Source: a virus. From it: a stretch of 64,000 nt of DNA. Shown in pieces: positions 1-9,101 of this stretch. The stretch's first letter is position 1; each line of letters starts with the position of its first letter. Position numbers and translations under genes: made by a program. Location of the stretch: positions 1 through 64,000 of the IMG/VR virus record IMGVR_UViG_3300028920_000045. The stretch is one strand, 5' to 3'. Under the pieces are notes generated by a model. That model worked only from the letters and a program-made list of their open reading frames with translations, did no database searches and was not told where the DNA came from.

Positions 1-52
1 GGGACTGTGCCGAGACGATCACCGACATCGACGAGGACGACTCCGACCAGTC

Positions 53-81
53 TTGACCCGCTCCGACTTCCGAACTATCCA
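53..81 (+). promoter_or_regulatory. Putative promoter TTGACC-17-TATCCA containing the CCGAACTATCC motif
   Basis: TTGACC at 53-58, TATCCA at 76-81; motif at 70-80 recurs upstream of other genes. Confidence 0.55.
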
Positions 82-115
82 GGGACGAACGAACCCACCG
101 ACCAGGGAGACGACT

Positions 116-391
116 GTGCCGAAGAAGAAGAGACTCTCCGAGTCCGAGGAACTGGCAGCTCTGCGACGTGACGGGAACGAACTCCGACGGTCCCTCAAGA
201 TCGTCCGTCGGGAGCGGGACGCCCTCTCCGACGAGCTGTCCGATACACAGGACGCCCTCGACGAAGAGACGGCTCGACGGCTCGCCCTGGAGATCCAGGT
301 CGAGAGACTCCAGGAACTCGTCGACGACCTGTCACCGAAGACGAAGACCCAGGGACATCCGGCTCCCTGGTATCGGCGGATCTGGAACTGA
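116..391 (+). CDS. Hypothetical coiled-coil protein
   Basis: GTG start after GGGAG; heptad-like E/L/R-rich sequence. Confidence 0.7.
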   Translation: MPKKKRLSESEELAALRRDGNELRRSLKIVRRERDALSDELSDTQDALDEETARRLALEIQVERLQELVDDLSPKTKTQGHPAPWYRRIWN

Positions 392-408
392 AAAGGGAGG
401 GGTTGATC

Positions 409-999
409 ATGCCCGACGAGAAGAAGAGACCGAGGACGAACGAGGCGGAAGTCACCCTCGACCGACTCGCCGCGTTCGTGTATATCCTGGTCAGGGACTT
501 CGTCCATCCCGGAGACCTCAACCGGGTCGTCGAGGAGTTCGGTGAGAAGCTGGAGTTCCTGGCCTCCGATCCCCTCCTGGCCGTCTGGTCCTCGGACTTC
601 GCCCGACGTATCCGTTCGGCCGAGTGGAAAGCCCTGGTCCACCGAGTTCGGTTCGGAGGGGCAAGGGCTCACCTGGAGACCGACGGTGACCTCGGTCCGA
701 CCCTCCACGTCGAGGTCGACGAGTACCATCCTCAACTCAACCCGGAGGAGCTGGCCGAGGTTCGGGTCGTCGGGAAGAAGCCCGGGTTGATCGAGAGGTC
801 GAGACGCCCTCTCCGGATCATCCCGACCGACGACGGGAAGTGGCACATCTTCGTCCTCGACATCCGACGGGACGCCGATGGGAAGGTCGTCGACGAGGAG
901 TGGGTCGAGGTCGACCTGGTCGACGCCGAGTACGAGGACGGACCTCCGACCGGGAAACCACTCGACCGGGACGACGAGGAGGAGGGAGACGAGTCGTGA
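409..999 (+). CDS. Hypothetical protein with acidic C-terminus
   Basis: GGGAGG RBS; genome-typical codon usage. Confidence 0.75.
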   Translation: MPDEKKRPRTNEAEVTLDRLAAFVYILVRDFVHPGDLNRVVEEFGEKLEFLASDPLLAVWSSDFARRIRSAEWKALVHRVRFGGARAHLETDGDLGPTLHVEVDEYHPQLNPEELAEVRVVGKKPGLIERSRRPLRIIPTDDGKWHIFVLDIRRDADGKVVDEEWVEVDLVDAEYEDGPPTGKPLDRDDEEEGDES

Positions 1000-1193
1000 A
1001 CCCCTGGTCGACCTGGGTCCGGTTCCATCCGGTGACCGGCAAGATCGTCGGGGTCTGGTACCAGACCTGGGCGTGTCCCGAGCACCTTCCGGGGTACGTC
1101 CTCTTCGACGACGACGAGGTCCTCGGGGACGGAGACGACTTCCCCGTCTTCCGAGTCTTCACCCGACGACCACCGAAGGGAGAGCGGACATGA
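996..1193 (+). CDS. Hypothetical protein
   Basis: GTGA overlap with upstream stop and ATGA overlap with next gene. Confidence 0.6.
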   Translation: MNPWSTWVRFHPVTGKIVGVWYQTWACPEHLPGYVLFDDDEVLGDGDDFPVFRVFTRRPPKGERT

Positions 1194-1570
1194 GAGAGAC
1201 CGACTTCCACCTCAAGATCGGAAACGCGGAGATCACCGTCGAGGGTCGTGTCCTCCGGGTCGAGTTCTTCGACGAGGAGGACGGGTACCTCGACGGAGAG
1301 AGACTCGACACGGTCGAGATCGGAGCCGTCGCCATCCGGGACGAGGAGAGAGCTGCCGACTCGATCCGGATCGTCCGTGGTCAGGTCGACTCGGACTGGG
1401 AGATCCGACGAGTGGCCGGTCCGGTCGAGGAAGGACTCTTCGAGGACTGGGAGGTCGTGGGGGAGGTTCACTCCGGACACGGTCACGGTCCGACTCGCCT
1501 CTCTCTCCTCATGCACCGACAGGACAAGACCGTCCGGGTGACCGACGAGGGAGACCCCGACGAGGTCTAA
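1190..1570 (+). CDS. Hypothetical protein
   Basis: MRETDFHLKIG start after GGAGAG; coupled to upstream gene. Confidence 0.7.
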   Translation: MRETDFHLKIGNAEITVEGRVLRVEFFDEEDGYLDGERLDTVEIGAVAIRDEERAADSIRIVRGQVDSDWEIRRVAGPVEEGLFEDWEVVGEVHSGHGHGPTRLSLLMHRQDKTVRVTDEGDPDEV

Positions 1571-1579
1571 AGGAATGGG

Positions 1580-1617
1580 TTGACATCCCTGGTCGACCGT
1601 GGTACACGGTGAGCATG
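1580..1617 (+). promoter_or_regulatory. Sigma70-like early promoter, class 1
   Basis: TTGACA 1580-1585, 17 nt, TG-g-TACACG (1603-1608); one of four related copies. Confidence 0.75.
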
Positions 1618-1651
1618 GAAACAACCCCCACGGGAGAGAGAGGAGACAGTC

Positions 1652-2365
1652 ATGCCCAGAATTAACACGGTGAAGAAGGCCCGGAAGGACCAGGGGACTT
1701 GTCGAGGGTGCGGTCGGGAGATCAAGGCCGGGGACGGATACAAATGGATCAAGTTCCGGTACGGGGGCAAGGTGAAGAAGTGCTCGTCCTGTAACTTCCG
1801 GTCGTCCGAGCTGACCTCGTCCGACAAGCTGTCCCGTCTCTACGCCGCCCAGGAGGACGCCCACGACCGTCTCGACGGGTGGGACCGGGAGGACGTGGAC
1901 GAGATCCGGTCCCTCCTCGAAGACACGGCCCAGGAGATCCGGGAGGTCGGTGAGGAGTACCAGGAGTCGGCCGACGCCATCCGGGAGCACTTCGAGACCT
2001 CCGACACGGCCGACGAGTGCGAGGAGAAGGCCCAGGAGATCGAGGGGTGGGCCGACGAGGTCGAGGGCGCGGACGTCCCCGAGTGGGACGACGAGGAGAT
2101 CCGGGACGAGATCCTCGACGGTGTCCGGTCCGACATGATCGGTGACGGTGAGGCGGTCGACTGTCCGACCTGCCAGGACGCCCCGTCCTCCGAGTGCCAA
2201 ACCTGTCACGGTCTCGGGATCGTCAAGGGTCCGGACTTCGACGGGGACAACTTCCAGGAGTCCGTCGAGGAGAAGGTCCAGGAGGGGACCTCCGAGAAGC
2301 GGTCCGAGTGGGCCGACGAGGTCGTCTCGGTCGTCGAGTCCGTGGTCGACGAGTGTCCGGTCTAG
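1652..2365 (+). CDS. Hypothetical Zn-binding acidic helical protein
   Basis: CRGC/CSSC near N-terminus, CPTC/CQTC later; D/E-rich helical middle. Confidence 0.8.
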   Translation: MPRINTVKKARKDQGTCRGCGREIKAGDGYKWIKFRYGGKVKKCSSCNFRSSELTSSDKLSRLYAAQEDAHDRLDGWDREDVDEIRSLLEDTAQEIREVGEEYQESADAIREHFETSDTADECEEKAQEIEGWADEVEGADVPEWDDEEIRDEILDGVRSDMIGDGEAVDCPTCQDAPSSECQTCHGLGIVKGPDFDGDNFQESVEEKVQEGTSEKRSEWADEVVSVVESVVDECPV

Positions 2366-2447
2366 TCTCGACCCCTCTCCCAGACCTAGACTCCCCCCAC
2401 GTCCCGAACTATCCCCCAGACACACCCGAACCCCTGGGAGGTGACGT

Positions 2448-2663
2448 TTGTCTCTCTGGAGCCGCGTGAGGAAGTTCTGGGACCGGGTCTCGGAGACCAG
2501 GACGACCAGGACCGAGACGTACACCCTCAATCTCCTGGTCAACGGGAAGCCGGTCGACCCGGACTCCGACCAGGGCCGACGAGTCGTCGAGGAGTTCCGT
2601 GAGAAGGAGAGGCAGCTCGAAGAGGTCACGAAGAGGATCTTCCGAGGTGAGCCGTGGGAGTGA
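2448..2663 (+). CDS. Hypothetical protein
   Basis: GGAGGTGA RBS; CCGAACTATCC motif at 2404-2414. Confidence 0.65.
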   Translation: MSLWSRVRKFWDRVSETRTTRTETYTLNLLVNGKPVDPDSDQGRRVVEEFREKERQLEEVTKRIFRGEPWE

Positions 2664-3097
2664 GGACGACCATCCCTGACCCAGTCGGCAGCTCTCCGGT
2701 CCCGTCCCTGGTCGTGACCGGTGTCCTTGTCCTCGTTCTCCTCCTGGTCCTCCTCGCACCACGACTCAACCGATGGGCCGACCGTAAACTCGCCCGGTTC
2801 CGTCGAGAGGAAGAACTCCGGGGGTTGACCACGATCAAGATCGATCTCCGGTCGTCGACTCCGGTGACCGAGTGCAAGTCGTACCCCAGGATCGACTCGG
2901 CCGTTGCTACCCTCCCTCCTCCCTGGGGGAAGAGGTCCCAGGACCTCCGACCGTTCTGGGTCCGGAGGATGCCTCGGTCGTGGTACGAGTACCTCTCCCG
3001 ACGGGTCTGGTTCCGACGACTCGTCTGGAGAGTCGTGACCAGTCCGAGGAGAATCAACCGAATCATGTACGTCGATCTCGCAGAGAAGGAGGAGTGA
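2654..3097 (+). CDS. Hypothetical membrane-anchored protein
   Basis: Hydrophobic stretch LVVTGVLVLVLLLVLLAP. Confidence 0.65.
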   Translation: MGVRTTIPDPVGSSPVPSLVVTGVLVLVLLLVLLAPRLNRWADRKLARFRREEELRGLTTIKIDLRSSTPVTECKSYPRIDSAVATLPPPWGKRSQDLRPFWVRRMPRSWYEYLSRRVWFRRLVWRVVTSPRRINRIMYVDLAEKEE

Positions 3098-3098
3098 C

Positions 3099-4349
3099 GT
3101 GTCGAAGGAAGTCAAAAGGGAACGACCGACGAAGAAGAACGAGTACCCCGAGACGTGGGGCCAGAGGTCCAAGTTCGTCGACCTGGTCAGTCGGGCAGCT
3201 CTGGGGCGGGACCCGAGGACGTTGACGCCGGTTCTCGGAGCGGTCCGACTCGTCGTCGGGGAGGACAGTCGACTCCTGGCCCAGTCGACCGACCTGGAAT
3301 TGAGGGTATCGGTCCGGTCCGAGGTGGGCTGGAACGGAAAGCCCTTCGATGTCATGGTCGACCCCGTCGTCTTCGGGAAGATCGTCAAGCCGAAGAAGAA
3401 GGCGAACGACGGACCGATCAACCTCTCGGTTCTTCCGAACCCTCTCCCGTCGGCTTCACCGAGGATCAAGATCGACGTCGACGGACTCGCCTCGTCTCTC
3501 CTGACCCCCGGGTTCGTCGAGGACTTCCCCGAGGGGTACACCGAACCGACCGACGAGAGGGTCCTCTGGACCTGGCCCGGGAAGGACCTGACCACGGCCC
3601 TCCAGTACCTCAACCCGTCGATCTGCACCGACGAGACGAGGTACTCCCTCAACGGGGTCCTCTTCCGCCCGGGTGACCTGGTCTCGACCGACGGTCACCG
3701 CCTCCACAAGATCACGAACCCGTCGAGTCCGGACGGGTGCGTCGAGTTCGATCCGGTGATCGTCCCCCGGAAGGTGATCGGAATCCTCCTCAAGCTGGTC
3801 GGTGGCTCGCCGGTTCGTTTCATGACCCAGACCGAGGGGACGGAGAAGAACGTCGACAACGAAGAGGTCCCGGTCCGGAGGTTCCTCTTCCGGTCCGACG
3901 ACTGGGAGATCTGGTTCCGGCAGATCGACGGCGAGTACCCCGACACCGAGCAGGTTTATCCGAGCCGTCGGAAGATCGTCTTCGTCGTGTCGGTCGACCG
4001 TGACCAGATCATCCGATCCGTCACCCGAGCCCTCGACGTGATCGGGAGCCCCCAGTTCACCGGGGTTGCGGTTCACCTCCCTCCCCCTGGGGAGTCCACC
4101 CTCAAGATCACGGCGTCGTCTGCGACGGTCGGAGAGATCAAGACCGAGGTCGAGGGAGTCGTGGTCAAGGACCACCGGGAGGATGGCTCGACCCTCAAGG
4201 TCGTCGGAGTCAACGCGAAGTACCTCCAGGAAGCGGTCAAGGTCTTCGACTCGACCGTGACCCTCTCTTTCGTCGACGAACTCCTCCCCGTCTTCGTCGA
4301 GTCCGAGGAGGACGGGATCTCCTCCCTGGTCATGCCGATCCGTCTCTAG
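3099..4349 (+). CDS. dnaN: DNA polymerase III beta subunit-like sliding clamp
   Basis: STDLEL, DETRYSLNGVLF, VSTDGHRL, IVPRK, IDGEYPD, NAKYLQEA and C-terminal LVMPIRL motifs. Confidence 0.92.
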   Translation: MSKEVKRERPTKKNEYPETWGQRSKFVDLVSRAALGRDPRTLTPVLGAVRLVVGEDSRLLAQSTDLELRVSVRSEVGWNGKPFDVMVDPVVFGKIVKPKKKANDGPINLSVLPNPLPSASPRIKIDVDGLASSLLTPGFVEDFPEGYTEPTDERVLWTWPGKDLTTALQYLNPSICTDETRYSLNGVLFRPGDLVSTDGHRLHKITNPSSPDGCVEFDPVIVPRKVIGILLKLVGGSPVRFMTQTEGTEKNVDNEEVPVRRFLFRSDDWEIWFRQIDGEYPDTEQVYPSRRKIVFVVSVDRDQIIRSVTRALDVIGSPQFTGVAVHLPPPGESTLKITASSATVGEIKTEVEGVVVKDHREDGSTLKVVGVNAKYLQEAVKVFDSTVTLSFVDELLPVFVESEEDGISSLVMPIRL

Positions 4350-4407
4350 TCCGACTCCCCAGAAGTGGGCCTAATCTGGCCCTCTCTTCCTGGTCTAAAA
4401 GAAAAGG

Positions 4408-4446
4408 TTGACAACGGGTCCGAGACCTGGTACTCGTGGGGGCATG
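4408..4446 (+). promoter_or_regulatory. Sigma70-like early promoter, class 1
   Basis: A-rich upstream tract, TTGACA 4408-4413, 17 nt, TACTCG 4431-4436. Confidence 0.78.
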
Positions 4447-4473
4447 AGTCACCCGAACCCCAGGAGAGAGACC

Positions 4474-4836
4474 ATGAGCAAGACCACGGTCCAGACCTTC
4501 GAGATCGCCCTCTACGGAAACCGCCAGGCCGGTTTCGACTTCCTGGCCGACGAGCCGCTGGACGGCGGGGACGTCCGGTTCTTCGAGGGGTCCCAGCCGT
4601 CCCCCGAGGTTCTCCGGTTCGGGACGGCGACCGAGGCTCTCTGGTCCGGTCTCCGGACCCTCCGGGACGGCGGGGCCGAGGACGGTTCCCGGGTCGTCGT
4701 GTACCAGGACGGAGCGGCCGGTCCCCGGTCCGCGATCCTGACCCTCGGGGACTTCCCGTACTTCGGCTCGATCACCTGGGGACCCGCCCCGGTGGTCGAG
4801 ATCCAGATCGACGATCTCCTCCAGGCTTCCGAGTAG
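4474..4836 (+). CDS. Hypothetical early protein
   Basis: AGGAGAG RBS; in-frame upstream ATG at 4444. Confidence 0.75.
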   Translation: MSKTTVQTFEIALYGNRQAGFDFLADEPLDGGDVRFFEGSQPSPEVLRFGTATEALWSGLRTLRDGGAEDGSRVVVYQDGAAGPRSAILTLGDFPYFGSITWGPAPVVEIQIDDLLQASE

Positions 4837-4850
4837 GAAGGAGAGAGAAG

Positions 4851-5171
4851 ATGGACACGACCAAGATCGAAGCCGAGACCCTCGTCGCCCGGACCGAGGG
4901 TCGGAGTCTGACCGTGGACCCCGACACCTTCTTCGAGGGGACTCTTCCCCTCCTCTCGGTCCTCCACTTCTTCGACCGGGTCTTCGAGAAGGGCTGGTTC
5001 CGCCTCCCGAAGAAGAACCTCTCGACGGCCCGGTTCCTGGAGCGGTTCGGGGCGGTCAAGGTCCACCGGATCGACGGCCCCCGGTTCCCGTTCTACTTCG
5101 TCTCGATCACGGCCGAGGGGGAGGGGTACTTCCAGGCCCTCCAGACCAAGGCCGACAACCGATACCACTAG
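4851..5171 (+). CDS. Hypothetical protein, possible winged helix
   Basis: AAGGAG RBS; LERFGAV...SITAEG pattern. Confidence 0.7.
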   Translation: MDTTKIEAETLVARTEGRSLTVDPDTFFEGTLPLLSVLHFFDRVFEKGWFRLPKKNLSTARFLERFGAVKVHRIDGPRFPFYFVSITAEGEGYFQALQTKADNRYH

Positions 5172-5189
5172 AGGAGAAGGAGACAGAGA

Positions 5190-5468
5190 ATGGAAACGAA
5201 GATCAAAGCCTCCGACCTGGTCGACGGACTCTTCGACGGTGAGATCTCCGTCCTGGAGTTCCTCCACGACGCCCAGGTCTTCACCGACCACCTCTCGGTC
5301 GACGAGATCGAGACCATGTCCGACGCCGTCGACCGCCTGGTCACCGAGGACGTCGACGACTTCTGGGACCTCGACCCGGACGACCCCGGTGTCTCCGAGT
5401 ACCGGGACCTGGTCGACGGTGTGTACCTCGCCCTAGACGTCGCCGTCCGGTCCGGACTGGTCGACTAG
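5190..5468 (+). CDS. Small highly acidic hypothetical protein
   Basis: Strong RBS; D/E-rich 92 aa. Confidence 0.75.
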   Translation: METKIKASDLVDGLFDGEISVLEFLHDAQVFTDHLSVDEIETMSDAVDRLVTEDVDDFWDLDPDDPGVSEYRDLVDGVYLALDVAVRSGLVD

Positions 5469-5482
5469 GAAGGAGATCGATC

Positions 5483-5830
5483 ATGGCCGACAAACTCTTC
5501 CTCTTCCCTCACCTCCTCAACGCACTCCTCAAGGCGAATCACACTCTCCACGACCGGAAGCCGAAGGGGGCGACTGTTCTGGTCACAGAGCCGGTCTCCG
5601 GGGGTGTGAGGGTCGTCGTCGGTCCGTTCCACGGAATCGACAAGGCCCGTCGGTTCGTCCGGAAGATGCGGAACGTCCGGTGTCACTCGACGTCGAAGCC
5701 CCTGACCGTGACCGACGCCCAGGAGAAGGGTCTCGGCCCGAACCCGAAGTCGGACGTCGGTCACTGGGACTCGGGGTACTACTTCGTCGAGGTGACCCAG
5801 GTCTTCCCTAACCAGAACGAGAAAGGGTAG
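5483..5830 (+). CDS. Hypothetical protein
   Basis: AAGGAG RBS; operon context. Confidence 0.7.
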   Translation: MADKLFLFPHLLNALLKANHTLHDRKPKGATVLVTEPVSGGVRVVVGPFHGIDKARRFVRKMRNVRCHSTSKPLTVTDAQEKGLGPNPKSDVGHWDSGYYFVEVTQVFPNQNEKG

Positions 5831-5834
5831 AAAG

Positions 5835-6173
5835 ATGCGTACCGTCACGATCACCGTCCAGGAAACCGACACGGGTGTCCGTGTCACCGTTCACGACCTG
5901 GAGTCCCAGGAGCAGGACATCGACTCCGAGGTCTCGTCGGCCTTCTTCTCCGACGTCCGGGAGGCCGCGAAGTTCTGCACCCGGTTCAACACGCACCTCC
6001 GGAACGAGACCGCCTTCTCCTTCACGACCTCCGACCCCCTCAAGCACCCGGGCAAGGTCGACCTCACCGTCGAGACACAGAAGGGGGAGACCCTCCTCGA
6101 CGCCCTCCAGATCAACCCGTCCACGGGGATCGAGTTCGTCCAGGGGTACCTCTTCCCGGGGGTGAAGTCGTGA
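5835..6173 (+). CDS. Hypothetical protein
   Basis: Operon context; typical codon usage. Confidence 0.7.
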   Translation: MRTVTITVQETDTGVRVTVHDLESQEQDIDSEVSSAFFSDVREAAKFCTRFNTHLRNETAFSFTTSDPLKHPGKVDLTVETQKGETLLDALQINPSTGIEFVQGYLFPGVKS

Positions 6174-6574
6174 CCAAGTACTTCGACGACGCCGTCGGAC
6201 AGGTCACCGAATACGCGGACACGATCTCCGACGACGACACCTTCTGGAGAGGTGTGTGCGAGGTCGAGGTTGTCGTGATCGAGGAGGTCCGACTCAACAC
6301 GGGGGACCGTGAGTTCCCCGAGGACCTCCGAGAGAAGATCATGACCGCGATCTCGGTCGACCGGGCGTACGTCTCCCGGAGGGTCGTGACGGCGACCAGG
6401 ATGTCGACCCTCCTGGGGTCCCTTCACGCCCTCTTTCACGACCTGGCAGCTCGTCGGATCGAGACTCGGTTCGGTCGGTGGTCGGACGACCCGAGAGGGA
6501 ACTTGAGGTCTCGTCGGGTCCACGACCAGGACCTCGGTCGACGACTCGGTCTGGTCCACTCGGACGCCCTCTAG
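6170..6574 (+). CDS. Hypothetical protein
   Basis: GTGA overlap with upstream gene. Confidence 0.65.
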   Translation: MTKYFDDAVGQVTEYADTISDDDTFWRGVCEVEVVVIEEVRLNTGDREFPEDLREKIMTAISVDRAYVSRRVVTATRMSTLLGSLHALFHDLAARRIETRFGRWSDDPRGNLRSRRVHDQDLGRRLGLVHSDAL

Positions 6575-6629
6575 TCCTTGGCATAACATCCCGTCAATCC
6601 TATCTTTTAATACGCACTAAAATAAACGG

Positions 6630-6668
6630 TTGACAACGGGTCCGAGACCTGGTACACGTGGGAGCATG
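6630..6668 (+). promoter_or_regulatory. Sigma70-like early promoter, class 1
   Basis: AT-rich upstream tract, TTGACA 6630-6635, 17 nt, TACACG 6653-6658; nearly identical to the 4408 copy. Confidence 0.8.
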
Positions 6669-6719
6669 AGAACGAGAACCCAGACGCCGAACGCACGACC
6701 CCTGACCAGGAGGAAGAAG

Positions 6720-7724
6720 ATGGACACGAAGATCTGGACGACCGTCACCGAGGACCACGACAACGGGTACCGTGAGGTCCTCCTTGACGTGTACCTCAAC
6801 CCGCACCACGTCGACCTCTCGACGAAGAAGATGGACGACCTCTTCTTCGTCGGTCCGGTCGGTCTTCTCCCCGAGGTCCTCTCCCTGACCTTCCCCGAGG
6901 AGACCGTCGAGTCGGTTGTGGTCACCCCTCACGGGTTCGGTGAGCACCGGAACCCTCACTCGACCCCCTGCCAGGAACTCTCGGCCGTGGTCTTCATGCT
7001 CGACGAGTCCGAGAAGTTCGGTCCCGTCCAGGTCTACGGGACCCACCCCGGACAGCCGCTCCCGTCGACGCCCCCCGAGGACGGGACCCTCACCCTCGAC
7101 CTCCCCGACGACATCGACTTCGACACGGTCCAGGCTCTCGACGCCTGTCCCGGGTGCGGGTGTGTCCCCGGTGACGGTGTGACCGAGGGGTGTGACCATC
7201 CGGACGGGTGCGGGTACTACAAGCCCACGACCCCGGACCTCGGTGAGACCGACCACGACCAGAGCCTCCAGGTCTCGATCCCCGAGACCTTCGAGGAGGT
7301 CCTCGGTCTCTCCTCCGAGGACGACTGGGCGACCGATTACGGTCTCTCGATCTGGTCCGAGTCGGGTGACCCCGACGACCTGGTCCGGGTCGGTGGGACG
7401 GACCTCGACCTCTGCCGTCTCCGGGCCGACCTCCTCCGGACCGACACGGACATCGGTCGGGAGTCGGCTCGGACCATCGCCAAGGCCGTCGCCCTCCACC
7501 GTCTCCGGAACCTGGAGACGGTGATCAAGGACCAGGACCCGGTCGGTTTCGAGGTCGGGTTCCTTCTCGTCCAGGATTCGATCACCCTCGTCGAGAACGA
7601 CGACGACCTCACCGAGACGTACCTCAACGACCTCTCGCACCAGTGTTTCGACAACGGGTTCGCCGGTTACGGGAACTCGGTCGAGAAGATCATCCGACTC
7701 CTCGGTCTCCAGGGCCGGAACTAG
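6720..7724 (+). CDS. Hypothetical acidic multidomain protein with Cys-rich motif
   Basis: AGGAGG RBS; CPGCGC-x8-CDHPDGCG motif. Confidence 0.75.
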   Translation: MDTKIWTTVTEDHDNGYREVLLDVYLNPHHVDLSTKKMDDLFFVGPVGLLPEVLSLTFPEETVESVVVTPHGFGEHRNPHSTPCQELSAVVFMLDESEKFGPVQVYGTHPGQPLPSTPPEDGTLTLDLPDDIDFDTVQALDACPGCGCVPGDGVTEGCDHPDGCGYYKPTTPDLGETDHDQSLQVSIPETFEEVLGLSSEDDWATDYGLSIWSESGDPDDLVRVGGTDLDLCRLRADLLRTDTDIGRESARTIAKAVALHRLRNLETVIKDQDPVGFEVGFLLVQDSITLVENDDDLTETYLNDLSHQCFDNGFAGYGNSVEKIIRLLGLQGRN

Positions 7725-7739
7725 GAAGGGAGAAAGAGA

Positions 7740-8255
7740 ATGTCAGGATACGAAAACGCCCCCGCGACGAAGATGCTGGCGACCCACTGTGCCGCCTGCG
7801 GGAAGGAACTCGTCGACGCCCGTTCGGTCGAGGCCGGGATGGGTCCGGACTGTCGGAAGAAGTACCAGATCCCGGACACCCTCGACGACGAGACCCGGAC
7901 CGAGGCGAACCGTCTGGTCTACCAGATCGCCCTCGACCAGAAGGGTCCCCAGGTCGTCGCCAACCTCGCCCGACTCCGCGACCTCGGGTGTGACGTGATC
8001 GTCGACCGGATCGTCAAGAGGGTCCGACCCATCGAAGTCCTCGACGACGGCGAGGGTCGGTTCGCCCTCAAGACGCCGTACGACCCCGACTTCGTCGGTC
8101 ACCTCCGGACCGTCCACGGTCGTCGGTGGGACCGGGAGCGGAAGGTCTGGACCTTCCCGAACTCGCAGAAGCCCTGGGTCTGGAAGGCTCTCCAGAAGTC
8201 CTATCCGGGGACCCTCGGTCTCGGTCCCCGTGGTCCCTTCACCGTCCCCGCCTAG
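7740..8255 (+). CDS. DUF6011-like Zn finger plus HARP-like domain protein
   Basis: CAACGKELVDARSVEAGMGPDC; PYDPDFVGHLRTVHGRRWDRERKVWTFP. Confidence 0.7.
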   Translation: MSGYENAPATKMLATHCAACGKELVDARSVEAGMGPDCRKKYQIPDTLDDETRTEANRLVYQIALDQKGPQVVANLARLRDLGCDVIVDRIVKRVRPIEVLDDGEGRFALKTPYDPDFVGHLRTVHGRRWDRERKVWTFPNSQKPWVWKALQKSYPGTLGLGPRGPFTVPA

Positions 8256-8715
8256 CACCCTCTCTCAACTCACCTCTCCGGAACCGACCTCCCTCCAGGA
8301 CATCCCGGAGGGAGACCCTCCTCCCGGCGAACCCGAGGAAGTGACCACGGTCGAAGAGACCGTGCGAGAGGACCCGGACACGGCCCTCGACGAACCGACG
8401 TCCTCGGTCCGTCAACCGGTAGAGACCGACCTCGGTGTCGTGACCTTCGACGAGTTCCCAGGAGACGAGACGTGAGACCTCCTTCGACCGGAGGACGTGT
8501 CGAGGTGCGTGTCGGGCGACGTTCGTCCATCCTGGGGAGCCTGGGGCGGTGTAGAGCCACTCCACGATCCGACCCATCCCGGCATTAAACCGTCGACGGT
8601 AGACCTTGACCTGTCGGTCACAGCAGGGACACCGGACGCCCTCGGGATCGAACTTCCTCTCCTCAAGGTATTCCTTGATCTCGTCGAGGGTCCAGGCGTC
8701 GTCGGGACGGGTCAC
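8239..8715 (-). CDS. Hypothetical protein (CPCC motif, winged-helix-like)
   Basis: RCPCCD; LVSWELVE...GLYRLTDRGRRF. Confidence 0.7.
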   Translation of the reverse strand: MTRPDDAWTLDEIKEYLEERKFDPEGVRCPCCDRQVKVYRRRFNAGMGRIVEWLYTAPGSPGWTNVARHAPRHVLRSKEVSRLVSWELVEGHDTEVGLYRLTDRGRRFVEGRVRVLSHGLFDRGHFLGFAGRRVSLRDVLEGGRFRRGELREGARRGR

Positions 8716-9101
8716 CGTGGTCTCTCCCTCTTGACCTTCTTCTTCGGTCTCGACCTGGTCGGGGCCGGGGTCGGAGCCGGTCCCTCTCGACCCTCCCGAC
8801 GAGCTGCCATGATCGGCTTGACCAGACGACGGACTCTCTTCTCGACCCGAGCCCGGTCACGGTCGACCAGGACGACGAACGGGATGGTCACCTTGATCCC
8901 CTTCTCCCGGAGACGGACGTCGAGGTTCGGGAGTATCCGGACCTCGTCGACGAAGAGTCCCCCGATGTCGTGCTTGAGGGACTGGAAGTACCAGTGCTGG
9001 ACGTCGGTGTCGAAGTATCGGTACTTCGACTCCTGGACCGACCGGGCGACTCGGGCCATGACCAGGTCGACCCCGAGTCCCTTCTTTCTCTTCTTCCCCA
9101 C
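8712..9101 (-). CDS. Hypothetical basic protein
   Basis: GGAGGTGA RBS and GTG start inside the left arm of an inverted repeat. Confidence 0.7.
   Translation of the reverse strand: MGKKRKKGLGVDLVMARVARSVQESKYRYFDTDVQHWYFQSLKHDIGGLFVDEVRILPNLDVRLREKGIKVTIPFVVLVDRDRARVEKRVRRLVKPIMAARREGREGPAPTPAPTRSRPKKKVKRERPR

Noticed and set aside
818-3652. 944-aa minus-strand ORF
   Set aside because: Antisense shadow of several + strand genes that have RBSs; rarity of TTA/CTA/TCA codons removes stops on the reverse strand
4408-6665. ORF-track starts at TTG 4408 and 6630 giving an MTTGPRPGTRG peptide
   Set aside because: These TTGs are the -35 TTGACA boxes; the shared peptide is translated promoter sequence
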